A stretch of 64,000 nucleotides of DNA from Rhodothermales bacterium (GTDB lineage: Bacteria; Bacteroidota; Rhodothermia; Rhodothermales; JABDKH01). The notes below the pieces were generated by a model. That model had not been told where the DNA came from. It did no database searches and saw nothing but the letters and a program-made list of their open reading frames with translations. The stretch lies in the NCBI GenBank assembly GCA_013002345.1, contig JABDKH010000200.1, forward strand, positions 664-64,663, read 5' to 3'. Below, one piece after another: positions 16,839-26,578 of this stretch; the stretch's first letter is position 1; every line of letters starts with the position of its first letter. Both the position numbers and the translations under genes were made by a program.

Positions 16839-19800
16839 GTGCAATCCGATCCGTCGACAATTCCTCAGCGAGAGGGCTCCCACCGCGTGTTGTGGCGCCG
16901 TGCGGCAGCCTTGTGCTATGCGGGTCTCGTGTTGATCTCTGCGGCGTGGATCTACGCCGGATCATCTGCACAACCTGCCGACCTTGCTCGATCCAGCTGG
17001 TACTTCGCGGCAGCCGACACGGACTCTGTCGCGGTGAACGACGATGACCTACTTCGTCGGGCGCGCCGCTTTCGCGCGCCGGCCGACACGGACTCGGTTG
17101 CGATGGATGACGATGACGACCTTCTCCGCGCCCGCCGCTCACTCGCACGCGTTGACAGCCTGACGTCCGACACGACCTTTGCTGACTCCACTGCGGCAGA
17201 CACAGTTGGTGTCGCCGCGGATACGCTGAAGTCGCTGCCCTTCATTCCCCTGTTCCGCAGGGACCGCCGATCGGCAAGTCTCTTCCCCCGAAGCCGACGG
17301 CCGCTGTCTTCCAAGCTGAGTCCGACGTGGAAGCACAGCATTCGACTGGACTCGACGACGGGTGGCTACATCGCTACCGAAACCGTTTCGAACCGAGATG
17401 TGCGAGACCCGGTGCTCCTGGATCGTGCCTCCTACCGAGTGTCGAGAGGTCGAAAGGGCATGAGGCAGAACTGGTCGGCCCTCGTCGAGCAGCGCGAGCG
17501 CCAGCGACGGCAGCGGCGCCGCGGCGGACTTGGTTTCAACATTGTGGTGCCCGGCGGTCGTCAAAGTGCCTTCACCACAATATTCGGAAAGCCGGAGGTC
17601 GACCTGCGCGTAAACGGGCAGGCAGATATCCGCGCCGGCTTCGACTATCGAAAGAGCGACCAGCAAGTCTCGGTAACAGGCAAAGCTGCACAGCTGGACC
17701 CGGACTTCAAGCAGGATCTTCGGCTCGGCATCACCGGCTCCATCGGAGACAAGATGCGTGTCGACGTCAACTACGACACGAACAATCAGTTTGACTTCCA
17801 GAACCAGCTCAAGCTGCAATACACCGGCTACGAAGACGAGATCATCCAGAGTATCGAAGCCGGAAACGTCTTCCTGCAGACACCTTCGACGCTTATCAGA
17901 GGCGGTCAGAGTCTATTCGGTATCAAGAGTCAGTTCCAGCTTGGCGGGCTGCACCTCACAACCGTGATGAGCCAGCAGGAGGGCCAGTCGAACTCCCTCA
18001 GTATCAACGGTGGTTCGGAAGCAAGCAAGTTCGATCTCAAGCCCACCGACTATGACGAAGGCAAGCACTTCTACCTTGCCTACTACTTTCGTAACCGGTG
18101 GCAGGACGCACTCGCGGATCCGCCCAACATTCGCGTCGCTCATGGCTTTACCAGGATCAATGAGGTGGAAGTCTGGAAGTTCGAGCTGACCTCACCCGAG
18201 GATGAGAATGTGCGCGACATCGTGGCGATGGTTGACCTCGGCGAATCGGATGAGGTGCTGACGCTGGCCAATCGTTTTACTCGCGCCTCTGCCAGTGACC
18301 TCCCGCGGAACCAGGGCGACCGGTACCTCGATACGGAAATCGAGACGCTGCGCGATACGGAAACTCTACCGAATTCCTTCCTGCGAGACGTGAAAGGGCT
18401 GTCCGACAACGACTTCCAGACCGGTCGGTTTCGCAAGTTGGAGTCCGGACGTGACTACGTGATTGATGAGGTGCTCGGATACATTTCGCTGAATCAGCGG
18501 CTTCAGGACAACGAAGCGCTCTCCATCGCCTACCGGTACATTGCTGGCGGCCAGGTATTCCAGGTCGGGGATTTCTCTTCGGACGGATTTGGCGGAGACC
18601 AGCGGCTGGTCCAGAAACTTCTGCGACCCAATCAGCCCCGGCAGCCGAATCTGACAGCCGACCCTCCCTTTAATCCAGCTGCGTGGTATCTCGAACTCCG
18701 CAATATCTATCCAATAGGCGGGCGGGGAGTAAATCCCAGCGATTTCCAACTGGACGTTGAGTTCCAACCTGCCGGCAAGACGGCCCAGACGAAACTGCCC
18801 GGAGTGGGAGAACCGCAGACCCTCATTCAGCTCCTCGGTCTTGACCGGCTGAACGAAGACGGCGCCCCCCGACCCGACAACCTCTTCGACTATCTGCCGG
18901 GATACACCATCGAGTCGAGCAAAGGCTTACTGATTTTCTCATACCTGGAGCCGTTTGGCGGACGCATTGATTCGCTGATCAGCGAGTCCAATGCGACGCC
19001 GGCAGAGAAGTCGGAGCTCCGCCGCGTTTACGTTTTTTCCCGCCTCTACACCGAAAAGAAACAGAACGCGCGTCTGGATACTCAGCTTGACGTCTATCGG
19101 ATAAGAGGTTCGTTCAAGGGTGCCGCGCAGGACTTCTACGACCTTCGAGCATATGCGGGTCTGGTTCCCGGTTCCGTTCGCGTGAGTTCGGCCGGCAGTG
19201 AGCTGCGCGAGAACGTGGACTTCGTTGTTGATTATCAGAGTGGGACGGTGACCATAACGAATCCCACTTTCTTGACGAAGGATGTCGAGATCTCGTACGA
19301 ACAGAACTCGTTCTTCAACCTTCAGAAAAAGACCCTCCTTGGTGCGCGTGCAGACTACGATCTCGACGAGCGTTTGTCGCTGGGTGCTACGGTCATGCGG
19401 TTGAGCCAGAAGTCCCCGATCGACAAGTTCCGGATCGGTGAGGAGCCGATCTCCAACACGATCTGGGGTGTTGATGGAGCGATCAACCTCGAACCGCGCT
19501 GGCTCACCCGTTTTGTTGACGCCATTCCATTCATCAACACGAAAGCCAAGAGCTCCATTTCTATCACGGGTGAATTTGCTCAGCTCCGGCCGGGCCACAC
19601 GGAGACGGCCGCGTTCGACCGAACGCGGAAGGAGCTCGAGCGCGAGGGTCAGGACTTCAAGCCCGACGAACTCGCCGGAATATCCTACGTCGATGACTTT
19701 GAGGGTTTCGAAAACACGTACTCCCTGGCTCAACCGGGAACGTGGCAGATGGCCGCACCTCCGGATTCCATCGGCGCTATCGACCGCGTCGGCGTACAGA

Positions 19801-22800
19801 CCGGACCTGTCGGCGACTCACTCCGAACGACATGGCGCGGTAACTTCGCCTGGTATCGTGTGAACCAGAACATCATCTCAGAACTCTCAGGAAGCACAAC
19901 CGTCCGCCCGGATGCCGTGCGCGTCGTGCTGATAGAAGAAGTCTTCCCGAATCGTGACATCAGCGGCGAGATCGACCGGACACAGCCTACCCTTGATCTG
20001 TATTTCAACCCGGGAGAGCGAGGGCCCTATAACTACACGACGGAGCTGCGCAACTTCCTGAATAACCCGAAGGATGCCTGGGGCGGTATGATCCAGCGAC
20101 TCCCGGACGGCTTCAATGACTTCAGCCTGAAGAACATCGAGTTCGTGGAGTTCATCATGCAGGCCTATCCTGAGAATCTATCTAACGATGCAGGGCCTGA
20201 TGCGAAACTGTTTGTCGACCTGGGATTCATCTCCGAAGACCTCCTCCCAAATGAGCGTCTTAATGACGAAGACGGATTGTCGACGGCCACAATTGGAGAG
20301 ACGTCAGTGTCGTCGTGGGGTCGTGTGCCCGTCGTTGCACCGGACCGCGTGCTGAAGGTCGACACGGACAGTCGCCGGACGGAAGATGTCGGCATCGATG
20401 GTCTTGCATCGTACGGCGGCGATTACCCGGCGTTCGCTACAGAGCAGGGACACTTCATTGACTTTCTGAATGCCCTTGATCGTACGGAGACCGACCCCCG
20501 CTATCTGGCCGAGATTGCACGAGCGGAAGTCGATCCGTCGGGAGACGATTATCACTTCTACGGAAACAATCGATATTTCGAAGACACTCGATTCTATCCG
20601 GGTGGCGCGACGTTCCAGCAGCGCATGACACGGTACTTCGCCGGTCATGAGCTCAACTCATTTGAAGGGCAGACCGAACTGGCGGAGAACACCTCCGTAC
20701 GCAGGGGCAACTCCCGCTTCCCGGACAGTGAGGATATCAATCTCAACTCGACCGTCGACACGGAGAACAGCTACTTCCAGTACAGCCTTCCCTTGTCGAA
20801 AGCGGCCCTCGATTCGCTTGCCCGACCCGATCGTGTCGATGACTTCGTCGTCGGGCAGATCAAGGATGGAGATACCGGGCGCGAGACCGGCTGGTATCAG
20901 ATTCGGATACCTATTCGGTCGTTTTCCCGTCGAGTCGGGTCGATCCAGGACTTCAGCAAGATAGAATCGATTCGCATCTGGACAACCGGACATGAAGTGC
21001 CGGCCACGCTGCGATTCGCCACGCTTGAACTCGTTGGAAGTCAGTGGCAAAAATCGGAGCAGATCAAGCTTGAGCGCGAACCGCCCGGCGAGGAAGACGC
21101 CCGTGACACAAGATTGAGCATCTCCAGCGTCAACAACGAAGAGAATGCAGATGTTTACCTGTCGCCACTCGGGACCGTAGTCAGTTTGACCAGACTCGCG
21201 AGTGGGGGAACACAGAACGCGCGGGAGCAGGCGATGGTGCTGCGCAGCGAGAATCTCTATCCGGGTAGACAGCGGGGCATATTCAAGACATACAGCCAGG
21301 GTCTCGATTTCCTCAAGTACTCCAATGTTCGAATGTTCGCCCACCTTCACGGGGACCTTGGTGATGGTCGAAAGCTGGCGGATCTCCCAATCGAAGAGGG
21401 GCGATCAAAGGCCTCCCTGTTTATCCGGCTTGGCGCCAACGAGACAAACGACTACTACGAGTACGAGCAGCCTCTGACGCCGAGCAGCGAGCTCTCACGA
21501 AACTCAGGTGTACTCTGGCAGACGGGACAAGATTTTAACGGTCAGACGGTCGACCTGAATTCCATCAACATAGAACTCGCGGCGCTGAACCAGCTCAAGG
21601 TGACACGTGACCAACGCGGAGTTCGAACCGACTCTGTGTTCTGGGCAAGCGCCGACGATTTCGCCCCGCCCGGAACGAGGATCGGTATCATTGGCACACC
21701 TTCGCTCAGTCGTATCAATACGATTGCAATCGGCATTCGCAATCCGGCGGATACATCGAGCGTCAGTACCAGCGACATACTTTCCGATGTCACGGTGTGG
21801 ATCAACGAGCTGCGGGTAGCGGGATACGATGAGAAGGCCGGCTGGTCTGCACTCGCCAATGCATCGATCCAGCTGGCGGACCTGGGTCGAGTGCGAGCCA
21901 ACATCCAGACCCAGACAGATGGATTCGGATCGTTGTCCAGCTCACTCGGCGAGCGAGATCAACAGGCGATAACCAACTGGAGCGTGACCACGGAATTGAA
22001 TGCTGACAAACCGATCCCTGAGCGGTTTGGATGGAAGATTCCGCTCTCGTATCAGATTCAGTCAAACACGACCACTCCGCGCTTCGCACCGAGTCGCGGA
22101 GACGTGCGCCTCAAGGAAATCCTCGCTCAGATTGACGATCGAGAGCAGGACGGAGAGATCTCAGCCGAAGAGGCGCAGTTCGAGCGGGACGAGGCGAAGC
22201 TGGCGGCGGAGACCCACAGTGAATCGCAGTCCTTCACGGGCCGGATTGGCAAGAGCGGCTCGAAGTCGAAGGTCCTGAAGTACACGCTTGATGGCATTTC
22301 GGCGTCGTATTCGTTTACGGATTCGAAGGCGCGCAATCCGTCGCTCGAACTGAATGACTCCTGGCGATGGTCGAACACGCTTGGTTACCGACTCAATATT
22401 CGAAAACCCCGAACCGTCCGGCCGTTCTGGTTTCTGGATGATATTCCGGTGCTCGCAGCGCTCGGAAGCATTCGATTTAACTATCTGCCTCAGTCTCTCA
22501 GTGCATCGGCCACTACGTCCCGCAGTCTCACTGAAACGAGGGAGCGCCCGCGGTTGCTGGGCACCGACACGCGCAACGCGACGGAGGTGCTGGTCGACAA
22601 TCCACTCCGCGGCAAGCACTCTTTCAGCCACTCGCGCAATTTCAGTCTTCAGTACAATCCCTTCCAGTTCCTCAACCTGAGTTTTGACACAAACACCGGT
22701 CTAAGCCTCAATGCCGCCGGCGTCGACACGCTGTCGGTGGTCGCGGACACCCAGCTCGACACCGTCTATACCAACGCTGATGGCAAGTTCACTCTGGAGG

Positions 22801-24842
22801 ACTATTTGCAGCTCCCGGGCGCCGATCCGGATGCGATCGGATCTACGGTTTTCGAACTTAACGAGTTGGATGTGCGCGGAACACGAAGTGTACTGGGCAA
22901 GCTGGTCACCAAAGGCGAGGGGGTCCGTGCAGAGCGGCACGGCCAGCGATTCACTGCCACGTTGCGGCCCCGGTTGACGAGTAGCAAGGCGCTCGACTGG
23001 TTGAACATCCAGGACATTGTTTACAGCGTTCAGTACTCTTGGCAGAACGGATCACTGGGTCGAAATACTGGCGCGTCTGTCAGCAACCGCGTAGACATTC
23101 GAACCGGCGTGAGCCTCAGGATACAGGACCTCTGGCGCAAGTTCGGATTCTACCGCAAACTCGAGGAGGCACAGCGCAAAGCCGACAGCGAGAAGACGGC
23201 ACAGCGTCGCCAACGCGAACAGGAACGTGCGCGACAGAAGAAGGAGGCGGAACGTCGCAGAGAAGAGGCCGAGACCCTGGCGCTCAAACTTGCAGAGCAG
23301 AACGACGAGGCCGATGAGACCGATCAGCCTGACGCCGAGCAAGTGGAAGAACCGGAAGCCCCGAAAATGGAGGCCCAGGAAGAGGCCGTTGAGAGCGAAG
23401 ACGAAGGCAACCGTCGGCGCTTCCCGATTCCTCTGCCCAACCCCGTCTCGATCCTGCGCAAGACGGCTCTTGCCTTGACCGGAATTCGAGATCTCTCTCT
23501 CACATATACGGGCACTCGCGGCTCGCGATCAGGAAATGTCGGCGACCCGCTCACCGGTGAGTCCGCATACGGACTCATCGATGCATTCAAGGGCAAGGGT
23601 CCATCGCTAGGATATCGATTCGGCTTCGCGCGCACTGTGCCCAGCGAGGAACGCATTAATGATCCCACCCTTCAGGTGACAGACGTCATCGAGAACTCCG
23701 ATCAGTTCCAGGGCCGAACGTCCCTCAATCCTAGCAAGGCTCTTTCAATCAACCTGACATGGTCCCTCAATCAGGCCGAGAACACAACAAGGACGTACAG
23801 TCAGCAAGATCTGATCGGCATTCCCCCGTCACTCAACCGGACGGGCACGAGTCGAGCCTCGATATGGACGTTCGGTGCATCTTATCTGAGTCTGCTCGAA
23901 TCGCAGTTGGAGATCTTTGCAGCGGACGTTGCCGCGGCACAGGCCAATGGTACCGGCACCGCGCTGCTGGGTGACGAATCGGGCGATGGGCAGGTTATTC
24001 TCACCAACAAGAGCGTGGTCGCGGGCTTCAAGGAGGCGTTCACTACGAGTTTTGGGAGCATCGGCAGCCAGAAGATTCCGTTTCCACTGCCGGGATGGAA
24101 TGTGAACTACACGGGATTCGGCAACTGGCCGATCATCCGAAAGCTCGTACAGTCGGCTACAATCCGCCATGGATACACGGCCGACTACAGTTCGGACTTC
24201 CGAACAAATTCCCTTGCCGCTGCCGTCGCGCCGAGCGACACCAGTCTTGTCTTTGCATTCGTTCCAGGAACGAACATCTCTTACGTCGTGCCGCGCACCG
24301 AAGCGGGTGCGGTACGCATTAACCAGAGATACCAGCCGTTTATTGGTCTCGATTTGAATTGGAAGGGACGCGTTCAGACAAACATCGCGTGGAACAAGAG
24401 CACGTCCTATTCACTGAGCACAAGCAACTATGAGATCAGCGAGAGTTCGACGAACGAGCTGACCGTCAGTGCGAACTTCCAGAAGGTCGGTCTTCGCATT
24501 CCGCTTCTGGGCAAGAAGCTCAACAATCGAGTGAGTATCGGTCTGTCCGTCTCACGTTCTGTAACACTTGATCAACGATTCCTGATGCAGAAGGCCCTCG
24601 CGACGGCGGCGGCTGCCGGGCCGTCGTTCGATCTGGCGGAGGCGCTCAGCGGCGATCTTGTGAGTGTCATCACGGCGCACACACGGCTCTCCATGTCACC
24701 CCAGGTTTCCTATCAGTTTAGCAATCGCGTCACCGCAAACTTCACCTTGCGGTATGAGAAACTGGACTCCGAAATTAGCCGGCAGCCGTCCTCAACGAAC
24801 ATGACCGGTACATTCAACGTTCGAGTCAACATCACGAACTGA
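16839..24842 (+). CDS. sprA: type IX secretion system translocon SprA
   Basis: 2667-codon ORF. The conserved SprA block reads KMRVDVNYDTNNQFDFQNQLKLQYTGYEDEIIQSIEAGNVFLQTPSTLIRGGQSLFGIKSQFQLGGLHLTTVMSQQEGQS, with beta-barrel-like composition throughout. The likely true start is GTG 16887, giving signal peptide MLWRRAAALCYAGLVLISAAWIYAGSSAQ. Confidence 0.93.
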   Translation: MQSDPSTIPQREGSHRVLWRRAAALCYAGLVLISAAWIYAGSSAQPADLARSSWYFAAADTDSVAVNDDDLLRRARRFRAPADTDSVAMDDDDDLLRARRSLARVDSLTSDTTFADSTAADTVGVAADTLKSLPFIPLFRRDRRSASLFPRSRRPLSSKLSPTWKHSIRLDSTTGGYIATETVSNRDVRDPVLLDRASYRVSRGRKGMRQNWSALVEQRERQRRQRRRGGLGFNIVVPGGRQSAFTTIFGKPEVDLRVNGQADIRAGFDYRKSDQQVSVTGKAAQLDPDFKQDLRLGITGSIGDKMRVDVNYDTNNQFDFQNQLKLQYTGYEDEIIQSIEAGNVFLQTPSTLIRGGQSLFGIKSQFQLGGLHLTTVMSQQEGQSNSLSINGGSEASKFDLKPTDYDEGKHFYLAYYFRNRWQDALADPPNIRVAHGFTRINEVEVWKFELTSPEDENVRDIVAMVDLGESDEVLTLANRFTRASASDLPRNQGDRYLDTEIETLRDTETLPNSFLRDVKGLSDNDFQTGRFRKLESGRDYVIDEVLGYISLNQRLQDNEALSIAYRYIAGGQVFQVGDFSSDGFGGDQRLVQKLLRPNQPRQPNLTADPPFNPAAWYLELRNIYPIGGRGVNPSDFQLDVEFQPAGKTAQTKLPGVGEPQTLIQLLGLDRLNEDGAPRPDNLFDYLPGYTIESSKGLLIFSYLEPFGGRIDSLISESNATPAEKSELRRVYVFSRLYTEKKQNARLDTQLDVYRIRGSFKGAAQDFYDLRAYAGLVPGSVRVSSAGSELRENVDFVVDYQSGTVTITNPTFLTKDVEISYEQNSFFNLQKKTLLGARADYDLDERLSLGATVMRLSQKSPIDKFRIGEEPISNTIWGVDGAINLEPRWLTRFVDAIPFINTKAKSSISITGEFAQLRPGHTETAAFDRTRKELEREGQDFKPDELAGISYVDDFEGFENTYSLAQPGTWQMAAPPDSIGAIDRVGVQTGPVGDSLRTTWRGNFAWYRVNQNIISELSGSTTVRPDAVRVVLIEEVFPNRDISGEIDRTQPTLDLYFNPGERGPYNYTTELRNFLNNPKDAWGGMIQRLPDGFNDFSLKNIEFVEFIMQAYPENLSNDAGPDAKLFVDLGFISEDLLPNERLNDEDGLSTATIGETSVSSWGRVPVVAPDRVLKVDTDSRRTEDVGIDGLASYGGDYPAFATEQGHFIDFLNALDRTETDPRYLAEIARAEVDPSGDDYHFYGNNRYFEDTRFYPGGATFQQRMTRYFAGHELNSFEGQTELAENTSVRRGNSRFPDSEDINLNSTVDTENSYFQYSLPLSKAALDSLARPDRVDDFVVGQIKDGDTGRETGWYQIRIPIRSFSRRVGSIQDFSKIESIRIWTTGHEVPATLRFATLELVGSQWQKSEQIKLEREPPGEEDARDTRLSISSVNNEENADVYLSPLGTVVSLTRLASGGTQNAREQAMVLRSENLYPGRQRGIFKTYSQGLDFLKYSNVRMFAHLHGDLGDGRKLADLPIEEGRSKASLFIRLGANETNDYYEYEQPLTPSSELSRNSGVLWQTGQDFNGQTVDLNSINIELAALNQLKVTRDQRGVRTDSVFWASADDFAPPGTRIGIIGTPSLSRINTIAIGIRNPADTSSVSTSDILSDVTVWINELRVAGYDEKAGWSALANASIQLADLGRVRANIQTQTDGFGSLSSSLGERDQQAITNWSVTTELNADKPIPERFGWKIPLSYQIQSNTTTPRFAPSRGDVRLKEILAQIDDREQDGEISAEEAQFERDEAKLAAETHSESQSFTGRIGKSGSKSKVLKYTLDGISASYSFTDSKARNPSLELNDSWRWSNTLGYRLNIRKPRTVRPFWFLDDIPVLAALGSIRFNYLPQSLSASATTSRSLTETRERPRLLGTDTRNATEVLVDNPLRGKHSFSHSRNFSLQYNPFQFLNLSFDTNTGLSLNAAGVDTLSVVADTQLDTVYTNADGKFTLEDYLQLPGADPDAIGSTVFELNELDVRGTRSVLGKLVTKGEGVRAERHGQRFTATLRPRLTSSKALDWLNIQDIVYSVQYSWQNGSLGRNTGASVSNRVDIRTGVSLRIQDLWRKFGFYRKLEEAQRKADSEKTAQRRQREQERARQKKEAERRREEAETLALKLAEQNDEADETDQPDAEQVEEPEAPKMEAQEEAVESEDEGNRRRFPIPLPNPVSILRKTALALTGIRDLSLTYTGTRGSRSGNVGDPLTGESAYGLIDAFKGKGPSLGYRFGFARTVPSEERINDPTLQVTDVIENSDQFQGRTSLNPSKALSINLTWSLNQAENTTRTYSQQDLIGIPPSLNRTGTSRASIWTFGASYLSLLESQLEIFAADVAAAQANGTGTALLGDESGDGQVILTNKSVVAGFKEAFTTSFGSIGSQKIPFPLPGWNVNYTGFGNWPIIRKLVQSATIRHGYTADYSSDFRTNSLAAAVAPSDTSLVFAFVPGTNISYVVPRTEAGAVRINQRYQPFIGLDLNWKGRVQTNIAWNKSTSYSLSTSNYEISESSTNELTVSANFQKVGLRIPLLGKKLNNRVSIGLSVSRSVTLDQRFLMQKALATAAAAGPSFDLAEALSGDLVSVITAHTRLSMSPQVSYQFSNRVTANFTLRYEKLDSEISRQPSSTNMTGTFNVRVNITN
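17013..17139 (+). repeat. tandem imperfect 69-nt (23-aa) coding repeat, two copies, in the SprA N-terminus
   Basis: gccgacacggactctgtcgcggtgaacgacgatgac... (17013-17070) recurs as gccgacacggactcggttgcgatggatgacgatgac... (17082-17139). The copies encode ADTDSVAVNDDDLLRRARRFRAP and ADTDSVAMDDDDDLLRARRSLAR. Confidence 0.8.
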
Positions 24843-24862
24843 TTGTTTGACGTCGCGGGCGG

Positions 24863-25672
24863 ATGGAACCGGAAGAAAACAAGCCGAACGAAGTCGTAGT
24901 CTGCCATCTCGGTCGCGCCGAGTATGAGCCCACCTGGGATCTCCAGCGACGGCTTCAATCCTCGCTTGCCGCGGCAAAACGGATCGACCCGAACCACCGG
25001 GAGCCACACGTCATACTCACGGTAGAGCATCCGCCGGTCTATACGCTCGGCAAGAGCGGAGATGTCAGTAATCTCCTGATCGGCTCAGAGGAGTTATCCG
25101 CGGAAGGTGCGACGTTCATTCAGATCGATCGCGGCGGTGACATCACGTTTCATGGGCCCGGGCAACTGGTGGTCTATCCGATACTTGATCTGGGACACTT
25201 CTTCCTGGACATTCATCGATATCTCCGGACGCTTGAGGATGTCGTGATCGCGACGTGCCGGGATTTCGGCATCGGCGCAGGCCGGAGCACCGGCCGAACG
25301 GGCGTGTGGGTCGGACCGGACGCTCGAGGTGCCGAACGAAAGATCTGTGCCATGGGTATCAAGTGTTCGCGATGGGTGACCAGTCATGGACTGGCACTGA
25401 ACGTGAGAACAGATTTGAAGTACTTCCAGAACATCGTGCCGTGTGGAATCGCGGACCGCGGCGTTACGTCCCTGTCTGCCGAGATGGGCAGGAAGGTGGA
25501 AATCTCCGACGTGGCTCCAGTTCTCATCGGCCACATGGCACGGCTTTTTGAGATGTCCGTTCAGCAGTTCTCCGGTGAACCCGCGCATGAATACCTTCGC
25601 GAGCGTCTGGGCGAGCAGGAAGAACTGGCAGGTCCGATCAGTGAAGAGCGCCCGAAAACATCTGCGGTGTAG
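24863..25672 (+). CDS. lipB: lipoyl(octanoyl) transferase
   Basis: 269 aa. RGGDITFHGPGQLVVYPILDL, KICAMGIKCSRWVTSHGLALNV and VPCGI motifs, plus an acidic C-terminal extension. Confidence 0.93.
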   Translation: MEPEENKPNEVVVCHLGRAEYEPTWDLQRRLQSSLAAAKRIDPNHREPHVILTVEHPPVYTLGKSGDVSNLLIGSEELSAEGATFIQIDRGGDITFHGPGQLVVYPILDLGHFFLDIHRYLRTLEDVVIATCRDFGIGAGRSTGRTGVWVGPDARGAERKICAMGIKCSRWVTSHGLALNVRTDLKYFQNIVPCGIADRGVTSLSAEMGRKVEISDVAPVLIGHMARLFEMSVQQFSGEPAHEYLRERLGEQEELAGPISEERPKTSAV

Positions 25673-25754
25673 CCGATTGTTTTTGACGACACTCGGCGAT
25701 AGACTAAACTACAGTGGATAGGTCGTACTCACTCCAACCGAAGCACGGACTCAC

Positions 25755-26114
25755 ATGGGTTCTTACAATCTAGGCTCGTTCTCTGTCCGCCTTGTGGCCG
25801 AGACGCTTTTCTACGACGAAGAGTACGGGGCCCTCGGTAACCTCAGCCTGATCGATGAAATCGGGTCAAAGGAGCGTTACATCGCTGCCTATTCGCCCGA
25901 GGATCAGCATTTTGTAATCGACGAGGCGACGGAGTGGGAGCAATTCGAGCCCGAAGAAAACGACGATATCGGCTACGCGCTGGCGAATCACACGTCAGAA
26001 CACGGAACCTATCTGACGGCTGAAGAGGCCGCCGCCGAAATTCTGAAACTGGCTGAGAGCCATGATCTCACGCCCAGTATCACACTCCTCTTTGAGCAGG
26101 ACGACGTCGTTTAG
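25755..26114 (+). CDS. hypothetical acidic cytoplasmic protein
   Basis: 119-aa ORF with good coding appearance and no signal or TM segment. It is very acidic (EEYG, EWEQFEPEENDD). I recognise no family. Confidence 0.55.
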   Translation: MGSYNLGSFSVRLVAETLFYDEEYGALGNLSLIDEIGSKERYIAAYSPEDQHFVIDEATEWEQFEPEENDDIGYALANHTSEHGTYLTAEEAAAEILKLAESHDLTPSITLLFEQDDVV

Positions 26115-26118
26115 TCTC

Positions 26119-26520
26119 CTACCGCGAGTAGTATGACGGTGTGGATGTGGGCGGAGCTTTCCACACGCCGACTCCCATCATCAGCCACGCCGCCACGAAG
26201 AGAACTCCTCCTACCGGCGTAACGGCGCCCCAGAGGCCATCATTCGTTATGGCCAGAGTGTAGAGACTCCCGCTGAAGACGATGATACCCGCCAGAAACA
26301 GCCATCCGGCGTTTCTGATCATCTTGCTTTCGTAACGACGAACCAGCAACCCCACCAGAACCAGCGCAAGGGCGTGGTACATGTGATAACGCGCCGCTGT
26401 CTCGTACACATCCGCCCGCTCTCCAAGCACGTCTGAGAGTGCATGAGCGCCGAATGCGCCGGCCAGAACACTAATACTTGCGGCAATACTGCCGATAAGA
26501 ATAAAAACCCGTCCAGACAT
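26119..26520 (-). CDS. DUF423 family membrane protein
   Basis: 133 aa with four TM helices. AGAFGAHAL near the N-terminus and a YHMYHALAL motif are typical of DUF423/YgdD. Confidence 0.85.
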   Translation of the reverse strand: MSGRVFILIGSIAASISVLAGAFGAHALSDVLGERADVYETAARYHMYHALALVLVGLLVRRYESKMIRNAGWLFLAGIIVFSGSLYTLAITNDGLWGAVTPVGGVLFVAAWLMMGVGVWKAPPTSTPSYYSR

Positions 26521-26560
26521 GGGTCACCGCTTGTTGTGAACGACTTTTACCGGCGTGGGG

Positions 26561-26578
26561 GCGCGGAGTTCACCGCGC
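26561..26578 (+). promoter_or_regulatory. GC hairpin in the csp leader, with a strong Shine-Dalgarno at 26626-26631
   Basis: gcgcgg (26561-66) pairs with ccgcgc (26573-78) around loop agttca. AGGAGG lies 6 nt before the ATG at 26638. Confidence 0.35.

Noticed and set aside
16608-16883. A 91-aa minus-strand ORF in the sprA upstream region.
   Set aside because: It has no recognisable family and atypical composition, and it overlaps the sprA start region. I treat it as non-coding, but expression data could revise this.
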